From a virus, in IMG/VR virus record IMGVR_UViG_3300021420_000017, positions 64,001 through 128,000 of that record: 64,000 bases of DNA. One strand, given 5' to 3'. The position numbers were made by a program, and so were the translations under genes. Positions 1 through 9,627 of the stretch are shown piece by piece. A model generated the notes under the pieces. That model saw only the letters and a list, made by a program, of their open reading frames with translations, was not told where the DNA came from and made no database searches. How positions within the stretch are numbered: position 1 is the stretch's first letter; each line of letters begins with the position of its first letter.

Positions 1-150
1 CGTGATCAGTTCTACGGCGAAGTCACCCGGGCCTAGTGTTTTGAGCACTACGTAGACACGGTTGCTTATAGCGTTGCGAGCGTCTCCGGGAGTGGCTTTC
101 CTTGATGTCATCACTGAGGTTCGATTCCAATCGTTGGGTTTCATTCTCAT
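1..150 (-). CDS. hypothetical protein, runs off the left edge
   Basis: ATG at 150 overlaps the TGA of the upstream NrtR-like gene (ATGA). The frame stays open to base 1 (MRMKPNDWNRTS...). Confidence 0.35.
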   Translation of the reverse strand, partial: MRMKPNDWNRTSVMTSRKATPGDARNAISNRVYVVLKTLGPGDFAVELIT

Positions 151-794
151 GGCGTGAAACGCCACCATGCTTGAGGGCGCCCAGGCTGGCCTGAGACCCG
201 GATAGATGATGGCTCGATCCTCTCTAGGAACGGCGTTCTCGTGAGCAGGCGATGGATGGTGGAGCGGCGCTGCTTCTCTCCATAGACAGCATCCACCAGG
301 CGGGTCATCTGCCCGGTGCTGAACTCGGCTCCCAGTAGCGCTTCCAGCGCGTACCGATCGGCCCAGACCAGCTCGCGGAGCTTGAGTAGCGCACTGGCGA
401 TGATGGCGTTGTGGTCGAAGGGCAGCTCGGGGAGCGCGTCGGCATTGAGGGCGAGCCAGGTACAGGGCCAGTGAAAGAAGTGCCCTCGCTGATGAATAAT
501 GGCGATGCAAGAGATAGCGACCGTTGGGCCTCTCACATCGCGCTTGGGAGTGTCATGCACCTGATTGACGATCAGGTAGTCGGTTTCATGCAGGGTGACT
601 CTCAGTTTGATATCTAGGGCTCTCGTAGCAGCTTCTAGAACGGTCTCGTCCTGGAACATTAGGACTCCGGGCAGCGCTAGTTCGCCCCAGTGCGGCTCGT
701 TGGCCCTGAGGTTAAGCCCGATGCTTAGCCCCCGGTCGGCGTGGTAGCGCAGGGCCACCACGTCGACCGAGAGCATGGGGTTGGATTCAGTCAC
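147..794 (-). CDS. nrtR: NrtR-like NUDIX-fold plus winged-HTH regulator
   Basis: N-terminal SVDVVAL...GELALPGVLM..ETVLEAATRAL is a NUDIX fold lacking the REUxEE glutamates. C-terminal FSTGQMTRLVDAVYG...GRPQAWWRF is an NrtR-type wHTH. Lies directly downstream of NAD salvage genes. Confidence 0.75.
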   Translation of the reverse strand: MTESNPMLSVDVVALRYHADRGLSIGLNLRANEPHWGELALPGVLMFQDETVLEAATRALDIKLRVTLHETDYLIVNQVHDTPKRDVRGPTVAISCIAIIHQRGHFFHWPCTWLALNADALPELPFDHNAIIASALLKLRELVWADRYALEALLGAEFSTGQMTRLVDAVYGEKQRRSTIHRLLTRTPFLERIEPSSIRVSGQPGRPQAWWRFTP

Positions 795-2321
795 TTAGTT
801 GCGCCAGGCTTCGTAGTCGGCTGTCCCTGCGCGCAGGGTGGCCCTCACGCTGGCGAAGCTCTGTGACCAGATGAACTGCCCGTCCTCCCAAACCGGTCGC
901 AGCAGGCTCTGGGATTCTTGAGCTGGGCTCGCGCACTCATCGAGGTAGTAGCCAGCCTTGTCGTAGCCCGCGCGGACCGCCAGACGCCCCGTGGCGGACT
1001 TCTTGATGCCGTCGTCGGTGATCGGGTCCTTGAACAGGTTGTGGCCCTCTCCGTCGATCTCAGCCCAGGTCGCCTTCATCGCGAAGCCGAAGGTGTCGCG
1101 GGTCACGTGCTGGTAGGAGAAGGAGCCCACGCCCAGGACGATGTTGGTCGAGGCGAAGCCCTTGGCAGCCAGCCGCTCGGTCATCTGCTGCGCCCGGTCG
1201 TAGTTGATCGAGTCGCCGTAGATCATGCCGATGTGGGGGTCCAGCTCTTTGTAGCCCGCCTCGTTGACCGGGCCGCCGAAGGTCTCCCACAGCAGCTCGG
1301 CGACGCCCTTCTCGGCGGGGGTGCGATCATCGGTGACGATCTGGTTGGGGCTGCCCCACGGATCTTCTTGGGGTGCAAATTTGGTCCCACAGATGATGTC
1401 GACCGGGTTCCCACTGTCGGGCCTGATGACGAGCTTGCCGTCGCGGGCCATGATGCGGTCCTTGAGCTTGGGCAGGATCTCGGTTAATACTTTCCAGAGA
1501 TCCCAGGTATCTGAAACAACCGAGACGATACCGCTTGGGTAGAGGTCGAGCAGGCGCTCGAAGGTGGCAAGCTCGTCTTCCTTGCTTCCGGCACACATGA
1601 CCGAATGCTCCGTTGCAGCCACACTTCCACCTACGAGTCCGTTATCGCCGGGGTAGAAGTTCTCGACGTACTCCAGCGCGGGGATGGAGTCAGTGCCCGT
1701 GAAGCTGAGCAGGTGGCCCGCGCCTGAGGCAGCAGCGGCCTCTATGCTGGCCATCCCGCGCAGGCTGAAGTCGTGGCCCTGCCAATCCACTGCGGCAGCC
1801 GGAGCACCCGTCTCCCGGGCGCGCCAGTCGAGCAGACGACGCAGGTGCCAAGCCGTGGTGGCCGAGGTGCAGGGCATCCAGATCTGGGCTGATAGGACGG
1901 ACTCGATGTAGTTGACCAGCCAGAAGAAGTCCGGGTGGGTGTTCTCGACCGTGAACATCGGCACCCGCAGTGGGGTGAGCGTGCCCTCGGGCAGGGCGCA
2001 GAAGCGCAGTGGCAGGTAACCCAACCGGTGCAGCGCGCGGATGTGCTCGGTGCCGATGTCGTTGGGCCCGAGCACTGCTGTGGTCATGGCCTCGTACTCG
2101 CGCGCCACGTCGGCCTCCTCGCGGCTGAACCACCGCTCGAACTGGTCGATGCAGTAGTCCTGCAGGAAGGCCTGTAGGCCGAAGAAGACGACCCGATCCA
2201 CGCCCTCGACCCGGCTGGAACGAGGGGTGAAGTTGGAGTAGACCCGTGTAGTCTTGTCCGGGTATTGGCGCCTATGATCGAGCTTGTACGCATCTATCGC
2301 TTGCATCGGGTTGAACTGCAT
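795..2321 (-). CDS. nadV: nicotinamide phosphoribosyltransferase family (NAMPT/NadV- or Namat-like)
   Basis: Motifs DAYKLDHRRQYP, GHDFSLRG, HLLSFTGTDS, ATEHSVM, SVVSDTWD, VIRPDSG, YGDSI, RDTFGFAMKAT, KKSATG. Confidence 0.92.
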   Translation of the reverse strand: MQFNPMQAIDAYKLDHRRQYPDKTTRVYSNFTPRSSRVEGVDRVVFFGLQAFLQDYCIDQFERWFSREEADVAREYEAMTTAVLGPNDIGTEHIRALHRLGYLPLRFCALPEGTLTPLRVPMFTVENTHPDFFWLVNYIESVLSAQIWMPCTSATTAWHLRRLLDWRARETGAPAAAVDWQGHDFSLRGMASIEAAAASGAGHLLSFTGTDSIPALEYVENFYPGDNGLVGGSVAATEHSVMCAGSKEDELATFERLLDLYPSGIVSVVSDTWDLWKVLTEILPKLKDRIMARDGKLVIRPDSGNPVDIICGTKFAPQEDPWGSPNQIVTDDRTPAEKGVAELLWETFGGPVNEAGYKELDPHIGMIYGDSINYDRAQQMTERLAAKGFASTNIVLGVGSFSYQHVTRDTFGFAMKATWAEIDGEGHNLFKDPITDDGIKKSATGRLAVRAGYDKAGYYLDECASPAQESQSLLRPVWEDGQFIWSQSFASVRATLRAGTADYEAWRN

Positions 2322-3193
2322 CAGGACTCCTGGAGAGTGATGTGGTTGATGAGGGTGCCGAAGAGCGACTTGACTAGTGCCGGGTAGGTATGCGAATCGG
2401 AGCCAGGATGGGAGTCGGTGGTGTGGATCGCGCCGTAGTTGGCACTGAGCTTCTCGAAGCCAGCGGAGAAGATCCCGTGGCTGACCCAGAGTGCTAGTTG
2501 CTCGCGCGGAACGTTGATGGCTTCGGCGAGGCCCAGGAAGGTTCCCCCGCCATCGCAGATGTCATCCACGACGAGGAACGACACGCCTTCGGGTAGGGGT
2601 TCACAGGTGAAGCCCGAGAGCTTGCCGGTGACGAAGTCGCGGTGCTTCATGGCCTGGTAGACGGGAACGTCGAGCTGATTTGCGACCAGTTCTGCGCGCT
2701 TGCGTGCGCCTACGTCCGGGCAGATCACTCCAGCGAACGGCTCATCGTAGGGATCCAGGGAGTACGCCAGACTGTGCCAGAACTCGCTGCTGAGATTGTT
2801 AAGCCCCACCACGGTCAGGTTGTTGATCAGAGCGGGCATGACATCGGAGTGGGGATCGAAGCAGATGATCTGCTCCAGCCCTAGTGAGTTGAGGAAGTCC
2901 GCGTAGACCTTGGCTCCGAGTGGGATCCCACGGTCCTGACGCGCGCCGGGCAGGTAGGGGATCAGTGCGATCCGCTTGTGTCCGACCCGCCTCATTGCAT
3001 CGGCCCACATGGCGAGCTTCATCAGGTCGTCGCCTGAGGCTCCGCGCAGGTAGGCGACCTGGATGGGCCAATCACTGGCTCCTGCCGCTGGAAGGTGGGC
3101 TTCTCCGCCCGGGAATTGGATAAAGCGATGATGTGCTTCGCGGATCGGCCTCCCGGCTTGGTCGTGGGGGGTCTCGTACAGGTCGATTGACAT
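2321..3193 (-). CDS. prs: ribose-phosphate pyrophosphokinase family (Prs- or Adps-like)
   Basis: Motifs FPGGE, PYLPGARQDR, DPHS, PDVGARKRA, VVDDICDGGGTF, VSHGIFS. Confidence 0.88.
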   Translation of the reverse strand: MSIDLYETPHDQAGRPIREAHHRFIQFPGGEAHLPAAGASDWPIQVAYLRGASGDDLMKLAMWADAMRRVGHKRIALIPYLPGARQDRGIPLGAKVYADFLNSLGLEQIICFDPHSDVMPALINNLTVVGLNNLSSEFWHSLAYSLDPYDEPFAGVICPDVGARKRAELVANQLDVPVYQAMKHRDFVTGKLSGFTCEPLPEGVSFLVVDDICDGGGTFLGLAEAINVPREQLALWVSHGIFSAGFEKLSANYGAIHTTDSHPGSDSHTYPALVKSLFGTLINHITLQES

Positions 3194-3339
3194 GGGCCGA
3201 ACCGTAGCAGATAAAACTCACGGTGAGTCAAACTGCGTGGTAGGACACATAGTTGCGTTCCGCTTTGTACTCAGCGCAAGTCACGATATGTTCTCATGCA
3301 AATCGTCGCCAATCCAGACTTCACATAGGAGTGAGCGCA

Positions 3340-3531
3340 GTGGTCTCTACCGGCGTGCTGCCCGATTATCTGATCTGGGCCGGGGTCGCGGGTCTCATGT
3401 TCGTGATCGGAGGCGGGCTGGTCGCTGCTCTATCTGATCACGATCACGCAGACCCTCTTCATGTTGAAGAGGGTGCTCAGGCGCAGTCGAGGGTACAAGG
3501 TTTGATACTCATGATCGAACCGCTAGGCTGA
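3340..3531 (+). CDS. small membrane protein
   Basis: AGGAG 8 nt upstream of the GTG. One hydrophobic helix (LIWAGVAGLMFVIGGGLVAAL). Confidence 0.5.
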   Translation: MVSTGVLPDYLIWAGVAGLMFVIGGGLVAALSDHDHADPLHVEEGAQAQSRVQGLILMIEPLG

Positions 3532-3563
3532 TCGCATCGCCAACCGAGGAATGAGACGAACTG

Positions 3564-4367
3564 ATGAGTAAGCCAAACCCCAACGCTCGACCGGTAGTCG
3601 AGCCCGTGGTCGAGGGTCGCTACGAGACGCATCCTGCCTTCGGTCACATCTACGTCAATCGGGTGTCCTCCAACCCCGGTGCGGTGCTGTTCGACTCCGA
3701 CATCAAGCACCAGCACTACATGACCCTCCGGCTCTCCACCGCTGAACGGAAGCGGGACCTCAGCCAGGACTGGATCAACCCGCGAGAGCGCCTGTTTGAG
3801 GTGGCGATGAGCGAGGCGCAGTGGGCCAGTTTCGTCAGCTCTGTTGGCTCCTCCGGCGTGCCGTGCACGATCGTGTCCACGCCGGATCAACACCGCGTGC
3901 CGGGGCTGCCATTCGCGCCTCGGACGGCTGAGTCGATGGCCGAGGTGCGGGGAGCGGCGGACAAGGCATACGGGAAGATCAAGGCTGCGCTGACGCAGTA
4001 CGAGAACACGCCGAGCGTGCCCAAGAAGGCCAAGGACGCTGCGTTGAGCAATCTGCACTTAGCGATCCACCACGCCACGGCTGACGTCGCCTTTGTGGGC
4101 AAAAGCCTGGTCGAGCACACCGAGAACGTGGTCCAGTGCGCCCGCGCGGACATCGAGGCGATGGTCGTCCAGCACGCTCAGCAGATCGGGATCGACCCGG
4201 CGAATGTCACCGCGCCGCTGATCTTGGAGTCGGGCAATGATGCCAACCTGGCAGAGCGCACACAGCACACGCCATGGCGTGTCGATTCCCGTCTGGTCGA
4301 CCGAGATGGTCTGGTGTTGCCGGACGTCAATACTGTTCGGGTCGACTTCCCGGATTCGATTGTCTGA
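3564..4367 (+). CDS. conserved phage hypothetical protein
   Basis: 267-aa ORF with GC-rich codon usage. HPAFG...LFDSDIKH...EVAMSEAQWASFVSS..GVPCT pattern recurs in phage proteins; function unknown. Confidence 0.75.
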   Translation: MSKPNPNARPVVEPVVEGRYETHPAFGHIYVNRVSSNPGAVLFDSDIKHQHYMTLRLSTAERKRDLSQDWINPRERLFEVAMSEAQWASFVSSVGSSGVPCTIVSTPDQHRVPGLPFAPRTAESMAEVRGAADKAYGKIKAALTQYENTPSVPKKAKDAALSNLHLAIHHATADVAFVGKSLVEHTENVVQCARADIEAMVVQHAQQIGIDPANVTAPLILESGNDANLAERTQHTPWRVDSRLVDRDGLVLPDVNTVRVDFPDSIV

Positions 4368-4576
4368 TGGAGATTACTTTCGAGCTGCCGGATAGATCGT
4401 GTCGAACTATGGAGATGCCGCTTGGTTTGCGTACTCCCTGCATAGGGGAGTATGTGGCTGGTATCCCCCGCACGGCACCCGGGACGAACTTCATCGTCGT
4501 TGATGTAGTTCAGGATTTCGGCCGAATGTATGAGGGCAGAGATGAAGAGCCTTTCGTTTATGTGAAGTTGCATTGA
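4367..4576 (+). CDS. hypothetical protein
   Basis: ATG overlaps the upstream TGA. 69 aa. Confidence 0.5.
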   Translation: MEITFELPDRSCRTMEMPLGLRTPCIGEYVAGIPRTAPGTNFIVVDVVQDFGRMYEGRDEEPFVYVKLH

Positions 4577-4650
4577 TCCGTGCTACTTTTTACTCGCTGA
4601 CTGATCCGATACCCTTAGTCTGAGTCGCCAAACGATACAAAGGAGAACTG

Positions 4651-5346
4651 ATGACCCTGAACACCCGCATCGCGGTCCTGCAGCCTGTCCCAGTCAAAGA
4701 ACTGTTCGATTGGGTCAACACCAATCTGCTCAAGGCCGAGAACCCGATGACCTATGACGAGCAGGAACACGCACATGACTACGCCGCGTGGAAGGCGGCC
4801 GGTGGCGGGAAGGCAGATCTCCGGCAGTTCCAGATCCCGATCGAGGGCGCCCACTGGACCATGGGAAATCAGATGGGCCAAGGTTTCGCTGCGATCTTCG
4901 AGATCGAGTACCGCCCGGATGGTCCGCTCTACGCCGAAGATGAGTATTACTACGACGAGGATCGTTTCCCCGACCTGGCCGAGGCCAAGGGCTGGGATGC
5001 TTACCCGGCCTCGCAGATCCCCGAGGGTCAGCGAGGTCGGCTCGCTCACCCGGCCATGGCCATGCAGATCGTCTTCGACACTGGTTACAGCTACCAGCAC
5101 GAGACCATGGGTTTCGGTTGCGGCACGCTGCATGCGATCTACATCAACCTGATCGGGAGCTGGCTCGCTGAGCGCGGGGTGGGTTATCGCTGGTACAACG
5201 AGTTCAATGGAACCTGGAATGATGCTGGGACCGAGCAGAACCTGATCGGCGGCGGTGATGAGGCAAAAGCCTGGTTCGAGCGCGTGGTCAAGCCCGCGAT
5301 CATTGCCCGGGCTGTTCAGGACGGCGCGATGGCGAAGTTCCTCTGA
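4651..5346 (+). CDS. hypothetical protein
   Basis: RBS AAGGAG, 231 aa, GC-rich codon usage. Confidence 0.75.
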   Translation: MTLNTRIAVLQPVPVKELFDWVNTNLLKAENPMTYDEQEHAHDYAAWKAAGGGKADLRQFQIPIEGAHWTMGNQMGQGFAAIFEIEYRPDGPLYAEDEYYYDEDRFPDLAEAKGWDAYPASQIPEGQRGRLAHPAMAMQIVFDTGYSYQHETMGFGCGTLHAIYINLIGSWLAERGVGYRWYNEFNGTWNDAGTEQNLIGGGDEAKAWFERVVKPAIIARAVQDGAMAKFL

Positions 5347-6071
5347 TGGGTACCGATATCACTCTCTTCGTTGAGGTGCGCAAGAGCAAGGATGAGCCGT
5401 GGCAGAAGTTAGGGAAGCAGTTCCCGTATCCCTACTACAAACCCGAGCAAGAGTCTCTTACTGATCCCGATGGCTATGAATGGAATCCGCAGTTTAGCGA
5501 TCAGCCGTATCACGGGCACAACTATGATTTGTTCGCGGTGCTGGCTGATGTGCGTAACGGCCGTGGATTCGCCGGGGCGGTGACCGGCGAGCGAATCAAG
5601 CCGATCTCTGAGCCGCGCGGCATGCCGGACGACCTCTCGCCAGAGATGCGGAAGATCGCGGAGGAAGAGTTTTATCACAGCAGCTCATGGCTGATGCTGC
5701 GGGAGGTCTTGGATTACAACTGGGATGTGCCCAAGGTCAATACTGGCGTGCTACGAGCTGGTCAGTACGAAGCACTCAAGCGAGGCGTGAATCCTCAGTA
5801 TTGGTCTAGTGCAGTGAGCGGCCCAGGCAGCACGACCTACAGCGCAGTGGAGTACGAGGCCGGTCTTGCTGATGGCTCGATCGTCGTGGTCGAGGAGAAG
5901 TCGAAGGGTGACGTGCTGTTCGTGCGGTCCAACACCTACGTGCATACCAATTGGCTCCAAGAGGGCGGCCTGCGGGCGAGCATCGATGATGAGTGGTTCC
6001 GGATGACCTCGGGGCTCGCTGATGCCTATGGGCCGGACAACTGCCGTCTCGTGTTCGGGTTCGACTCCTGA
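5346..6071 (+). CDS. conserved phage hypothetical protein
   Basis: TGATG coupling. MGTDI...HNYDLFAVLADVRNG...RLVFGFDS pattern is typical of a widespread phage family. Confidence 0.75.
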   Translation: MGTDITLFVEVRKSKDEPWQKLGKQFPYPYYKPEQESLTDPDGYEWNPQFSDQPYHGHNYDLFAVLADVRNGRGFAGAVTGERIKPISEPRGMPDDLSPEMRKIAEEEFYHSSSWLMLREVLDYNWDVPKVNTGVLRAGQYEALKRGVNPQYWSSAVSGPGSTTYSAVEYEAGLADGSIVVVEEKSKGDVLFVRSNTYVHTNWLQEGGLRASIDDEWFRMTSGLADAYGPDNCRLVFGFDS

Positions 6072-6466
6072 TGGCCCGGGATGAGCCGGGCGGTATCACT
6101 GTCGAGGACATCCGGGCGATTGCTGCGCGCCTGAACGACTGGTGCGATGAGCAGAGTCCCGATCCGGGCGCGGTGACTGCGCTGGGTTCGATCGCAGGTG
6201 AGCTGACTGCGATGGTTCGCGCCTCGGCTGCGCGCGGTGAGTTCCGCAAGTCAGGACCTCCTGCGGTGCCTGAGTATTTCGATCCCGAGAGAGACATGCC
6301 GCCTGATGGAGCGGAGCTGCGTCGAGGGCGTTCGGTGATTCGTTACGAAGAATCACATTCGTGGTGGCAGGTTAGTCTGGGCGGCTTTATAGCGGGGCCT
6401 GTTGCGAGAACTTTCTCTCCCGAAGGTATCGAGATCGCCAAGCGCTGGGCGGCGCAACATGACTAG
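6071..6466 (+). CDS. hypothetical protein
   Basis: Coupled start, 131 aa. Confidence 0.6.
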   Translation: MARDEPGGITVEDIRAIAARLNDWCDEQSPDPGAVTALGSIAGELTAMVRASAARGEFRKSGPPAVPEYFDPERDMPPDGAELRRGRSVIRYEESHSWWQVSLGGFIAGPVARTFSPEGIEIAKRWAAQHD

Positions 6467-6914
6467 ACAGCCTCTTCGGCCCATGCAGGATCTGATGATG
6501 GAGGTGCTGGCAGCCCGGCATAGGTTGGGTGAGCCCTTCTGGCCGATTGCCCAGTCCCCGGCCCACACGCTGACACTCAAGCAGCTCAAGAGCCTTGGGC
6601 TCGTGGAGTATGAGCATGGGCGCGCCTCGGGCTTCTGGGAGGCTCAGTTAACGCCCAGGGGACGCAGGGAGTACATGACTGGCTCCTACCGGTCGCCTGC
6701 TGCGACGATGATCTACGCGGTGAGTCGTCACACTCGCATCGGATCTCGCGAGCTTGAGGGGGTCTATTCCAACGTGGAGGCGGCGCAGGCAGCCTTTCCC
6801 AATGCAGTGTGGAATCACCACATTGGATATAAGCAGAGACAGGAGTGGACATGGGAGGTCGGCGACATGATCGATTCCGTTGTCCACATCAGAGAAGGAG
6901 TACTGCGGGGATGA
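6459..6914 (+). CDS. hypothetical protein
   Basis: ATG at 6459 overlaps the upstream gene end. Contains MEVLAARHRLGE. Confidence 0.6.
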   Translation: MTRQPLRPMQDLMMEVLAARHRLGEPFWPIAQSPAHTLTLKQLKSLGLVEYEHGRASGFWEAQLTPRGRREYMTGSYRSPAATMIYAVSRHTRIGSRELEGVYSNVEAAQAAFPNAVWNHHIGYKQRQEWTWEVGDMIDSVVHIREGVLRG

Positions 6915-7201
6915 CCAAACCGACATGGGGCGATATGCGAGCCCAGAGAGATCCCGAATGGGACGCTGAGCAAGTAGCGAGGGTCGATCCCGAGGAGCCG
7001 GTAGAGGGGACGGTACTGCGCTTCACCAAGGCTCGCTGGGGCAAGCCCTATAGCTACGCGGCGATCAGGGCGGTGGATGTGTGGTATCTGACCAACGGTC
7101 AGCATTACCTCTGGCGCGAGCTGCTCGACTTCATCCAGAAGGGTGAGGATGTCGAGGTTGTGGTGGAGAAGTTCTTGCCTCATGCCCCGTCCGGAGATTG
7201 A
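6911..7201 (+). CDS. hypothetical protein
   Basis: ATGA overlap. Contains YSYAAIR..WYLT. Confidence 0.6.
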   Translation: MTKPTWGDMRAQRDPEWDAEQVARVDPEEPVEGTVLRFTKARWGKPYSYAAIRAVDVWYLTNGQHYLWRELLDFIQKGEDVEVVVEKFLPHAPSGD

Positions 7202-7367
7202 GCGAAGTAAGGCTCAGATCGTCTTCTCCGGCGGCCCGTTGGATGGCTGCGAGGGAAAGGTGATGGGCTGGATGGAACATGCCGGGGTGATCGACTGCCA
7301 CCGGGCGGGACGCTACGTGCGCGACGGTTCTTATTGGGAATGGTTTTCAGATAGGAGCGATGAGTGA
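7182..7367 (+). CDS. small hypothetical protein
   Basis: FSGGPLDG motif, common in small actinophage proteins. Confidence 0.5.
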   Translation: MPRPEIERSKAQIVFSGGPLDGCEGKVMGWMEHAGVIDCHRAGRYVRDGSYWEWFSDRSDE

Positions 7368-7789
7368 CGGAACCTCGCTGCGGTTCGGTGATTGATCACG
7401 CACCGCACATGTTCATGATGATGCCTGGGCGCAAGTTCTCAACGTGTCCGGGCTCGGGGGAGGTCGCTCTCAGTCAGGTTGAGACGCCCCAGATCGCTCC
7501 TCTGGCCCAGTTGGAAGAGGCAGTGCGCTCAGTGCACATCGAGCATGCTCAGATGGCTCGCCTGCTGGTGACCTGTACCTGCCCGGAGCAGGCGGCCAAC
7601 GTGGAAGATTGTCCGGTCCACGGGGCCGTGAGGGCCTTCGATTCGCTGGCCGGGATTCTCAACGCCGCTCCCCGGCAACTGCGGGAGATCTTGGAGGACT
7701 ACGACCCCGATGAGGGATCGGTCGAGCTAGTGATCGAGCGTTTCGCTCAGTGGTTGGAGATAGCTGTGTCGCAAGCCCTGATCTACTAA
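7364..7789 (+). CDS. hypothetical protein
   Basis: GTGA overlap, RBS AGGAG, CxC...CPVH motif. Confidence 0.6.
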   Translation: MTEPRCGSVIDHAPHMFMMMPGRKFSTCPGSGEVALSQVETPQIAPLAQLEEAVRSVHIEHAQMARLLVTCTCPEQAANVEDCPVHGAVRAFDSLAGILNAAPRQLREILEDYDPDEGSVELVIERFAQWLEIAVSQALIY

Positions 7790-7809
7790 CGGATAGGTAA
7801 GATACGAGG

Positions 7810-8049
7810 ATGGGTGAAGTCAAGATCATGGCAGAAGGAGACTCAGCACTTCTGGCGAAGCTCAAGGACACCTTCGAGCCCGCCAATGTTGAGTGGTTAA
7901 AGACAGAGTGCTGTCGTCGGTGTCGGCATACGACGCTCAAGGTGCCGAAGTTCAGCACTGACGGCAAGCTCATGATGATGGGCTGTCCTGAGTGCCAGTA
8001 CGTCAACATCGAAGACGTGCCTCGTGCGATTGTGAGAAAGACGACATGA
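7810..8049 (+). CDS. small Zn-ribbon protein
   Basis: CRRC...CPEC. TAAGAT lies 6 nt upstream of the ATG (probably leaderless). Confidence 0.6.
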   Translation: MGEVKIMAEGDSALLAKLKDTFEPANVEWLKTECCRRCRHTTLKVPKFSTDGKLMMMGCPECQYVNIEDVPRAIVRKTT

Positions 8050-8408
8050 CCGAAGCGGGATTGGATGCGGCGGCTTGGATTCAGTTGGCTGTAGGCGAGC
8101 TGGACTACCAGATCGATAACAAATGGCCTCCCCTCCGGAGAATGGCTTTCACGCAGAGCAACGCCAGAATGCGGAACTATCTCTCTAGCGCGAAAAGCGC
8201 CATCGAGGCCGAACAGGTGCAGGACGCAGGCGCGAAGTCTTCTCAGCAAGTCGCAGATACTGCGCTGCTCACCCGCGTGGCTGAATGCGTCGATCTGCTG
8301 GAACAGGCGATACAGCAAGGGGTCTATGCCAGCGGTGGTATCGAGAAGATGGTCGGAGAGGATACACTCCGACCGATCATTGAGAAGCTGCGCAGCAACC
8401 CGGAATGA
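8046..8408 (+). CDS. hypothetical protein
   Basis: ATGA overlap with the upstream gene. Confidence 0.55.
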   Translation: MTEAGLDAAAWIQLAVGELDYQIDNKWPPLRRMAFTQSNARMRNYLSSAKSAIEAEQVQDAGAKSSQQVADTALLTRVAECVDLLEQAIQQGVYASGGIEKMVGEDTLRPIIEKLRSNPE

Positions 8409-8620
8409 GCGTCGAGCACCTGCTGGACCAGGCCCAGAACGCAAGTAGGGCGATCGAGTTCTATGAGCAGATGATGCGCAACGCTGCTGAGGATCGGCGC
8501 GTGGCGATCCGCTCTCTGTGCACGCAACTGGGCATACGAGAGTCGTCTGAGTTACTGGGAGTATCAGTCGCCAGAGTGCGCAAGCTCATGGGCGAAGCGA
8601 GGATCGATCAGCTAATCTGA
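8405..8620 (+). CDS. small HTH-like DNA-binding protein
   Basis: LGIRESSELLGVSVARVRKL resembles a helix-turn-helix. Confidence 0.55.
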   Translation: MSVEHLLDQAQNASRAIEFYEQMMRNAAEDRRVAIRSLCTQLGIRESSELLGVSVARVRKLMGEARIDQLI

Positions 8621-8673
8621 CAATGATCATTTGAAGTGATACGGTACGACCACCTACCCGAAGGAGAACAGAA

Positions 8674-9012
8674 GTGGCTTCAGTCAAGGTTCATGAACTC
8701 AAGTTCGGCGAGCTTCCTCGGATGCGAGACACAGCCGACAAGTGGGGCGGTCATGAGGACATCGCCGCCGCGCTCAAGGCCAACAAGGATGTCTGGACCT
8801 TGGTGGAACTCAAGGTCAAGACCGGGAAGGCAGTCCGGATCGCCACCCTGATCAAGACGGGTGTTGCTCCGGGATTTGCCGCTGACGAGATGGGTGAGTT
8901 TCAGGCATCTACTCGTCGGAGCAAGATCGAACCAGGCGCTGAAGGCACTGAAGAGGGGAAGTACTACGACGTCTACGCCCGGTATCACTTCACTGGGCCG
9001 ATCGTCAAGTAG
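8674..9012 (+). CDS. hypothetical protein
   Basis: RBS GAAGGAG, 112 aa. Confidence 0.65.
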   Translation: MASVKVHELKFGELPRMRDTADKWGGHEDIAAALKANKDVWTLVELKVKTGKAVRIATLIKTGVAPGFAADEMGEFQASTRRSKIEPGAEGTEEGKYYDVYARYHFTGPIVK

Positions 9013-9177
9013 GTAGGTACTGCTTCTCTTAGTCGGATCAGCCCGCAGAGGTATGGGCCAGCCGCTGAGAGAATAAAGGCGCGTTCCGTCCGGGTGCAGG
9101 ATGGTCGGGGGATCCCCGCCCCCGGGCGGAACGCGCGTTGTGTTTCCGTCGCCAAAACCCTTAAGGAGATACTCATC

Positions 9178-9627
9178 ATGACCGTGAGCCACCGTAGAGC
9201 GCGGCATTCCGCGATGCGCAAGATGCCGCTGGAGTTCCTATACTGCCGGGATCGCAGCATCGGCCACGACTGGGATGTGGGCCACCCCGAGACGACGTTC
9301 CAGTTCGGCGTGGTGACCAACCGCAAGGGCATGCAGGAGATCCTGCGCAAGTCCCGGTGCGAGCGCTGCCAGATGCTCCGAGAGGAGCACTTCAGCCACA
9401 TCGGGCCCAATGGCCGGGCCGTGAAGACGCACACCGTCTACACCGCCCCAGAGGGCTACAGCCTGCCCCAGGATCCGGATCTCGGGCCCGTGCGCTCAGC
9501 TGACGTCTGGGCCGAGCAGATGCGCCGGGCCAAGGTCAAGTTCGACCCGGCGAAGGTGACGGTCGCCCTAGGGGAAGAGACCGCCGCGCCGGTGCGCAAG
9601 ATTCGGCTCAAGAGTGTGAGCGCATGA
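9178..9627 (+). CDS. hypothetical protein (Cys/His motif)
   Basis: RBS AAGGAG. CRDRSIGHDW...CERC. Confidence 0.7.
   Translation: MTVSHRRARHSAMRKMPLEFLYCRDRSIGHDWDVGHPETTFQFGVVTNRKGMQEILRKSRCERCQMLREEHFSHIGPNGRAVKTHTVYTAPEGYSLPQDPDLGPVRSADVWAEQMRRAKVKFDPAKVTVALGEETAAPVRKIRLKSVSA

Noticed and set aside
118-128. GGTTCGATTCC, tRNA T-loop-like
   Set aside because: No T-stem beyond 2 bp and no cloverleaf; it lies inside a probable minus-strand CDS.
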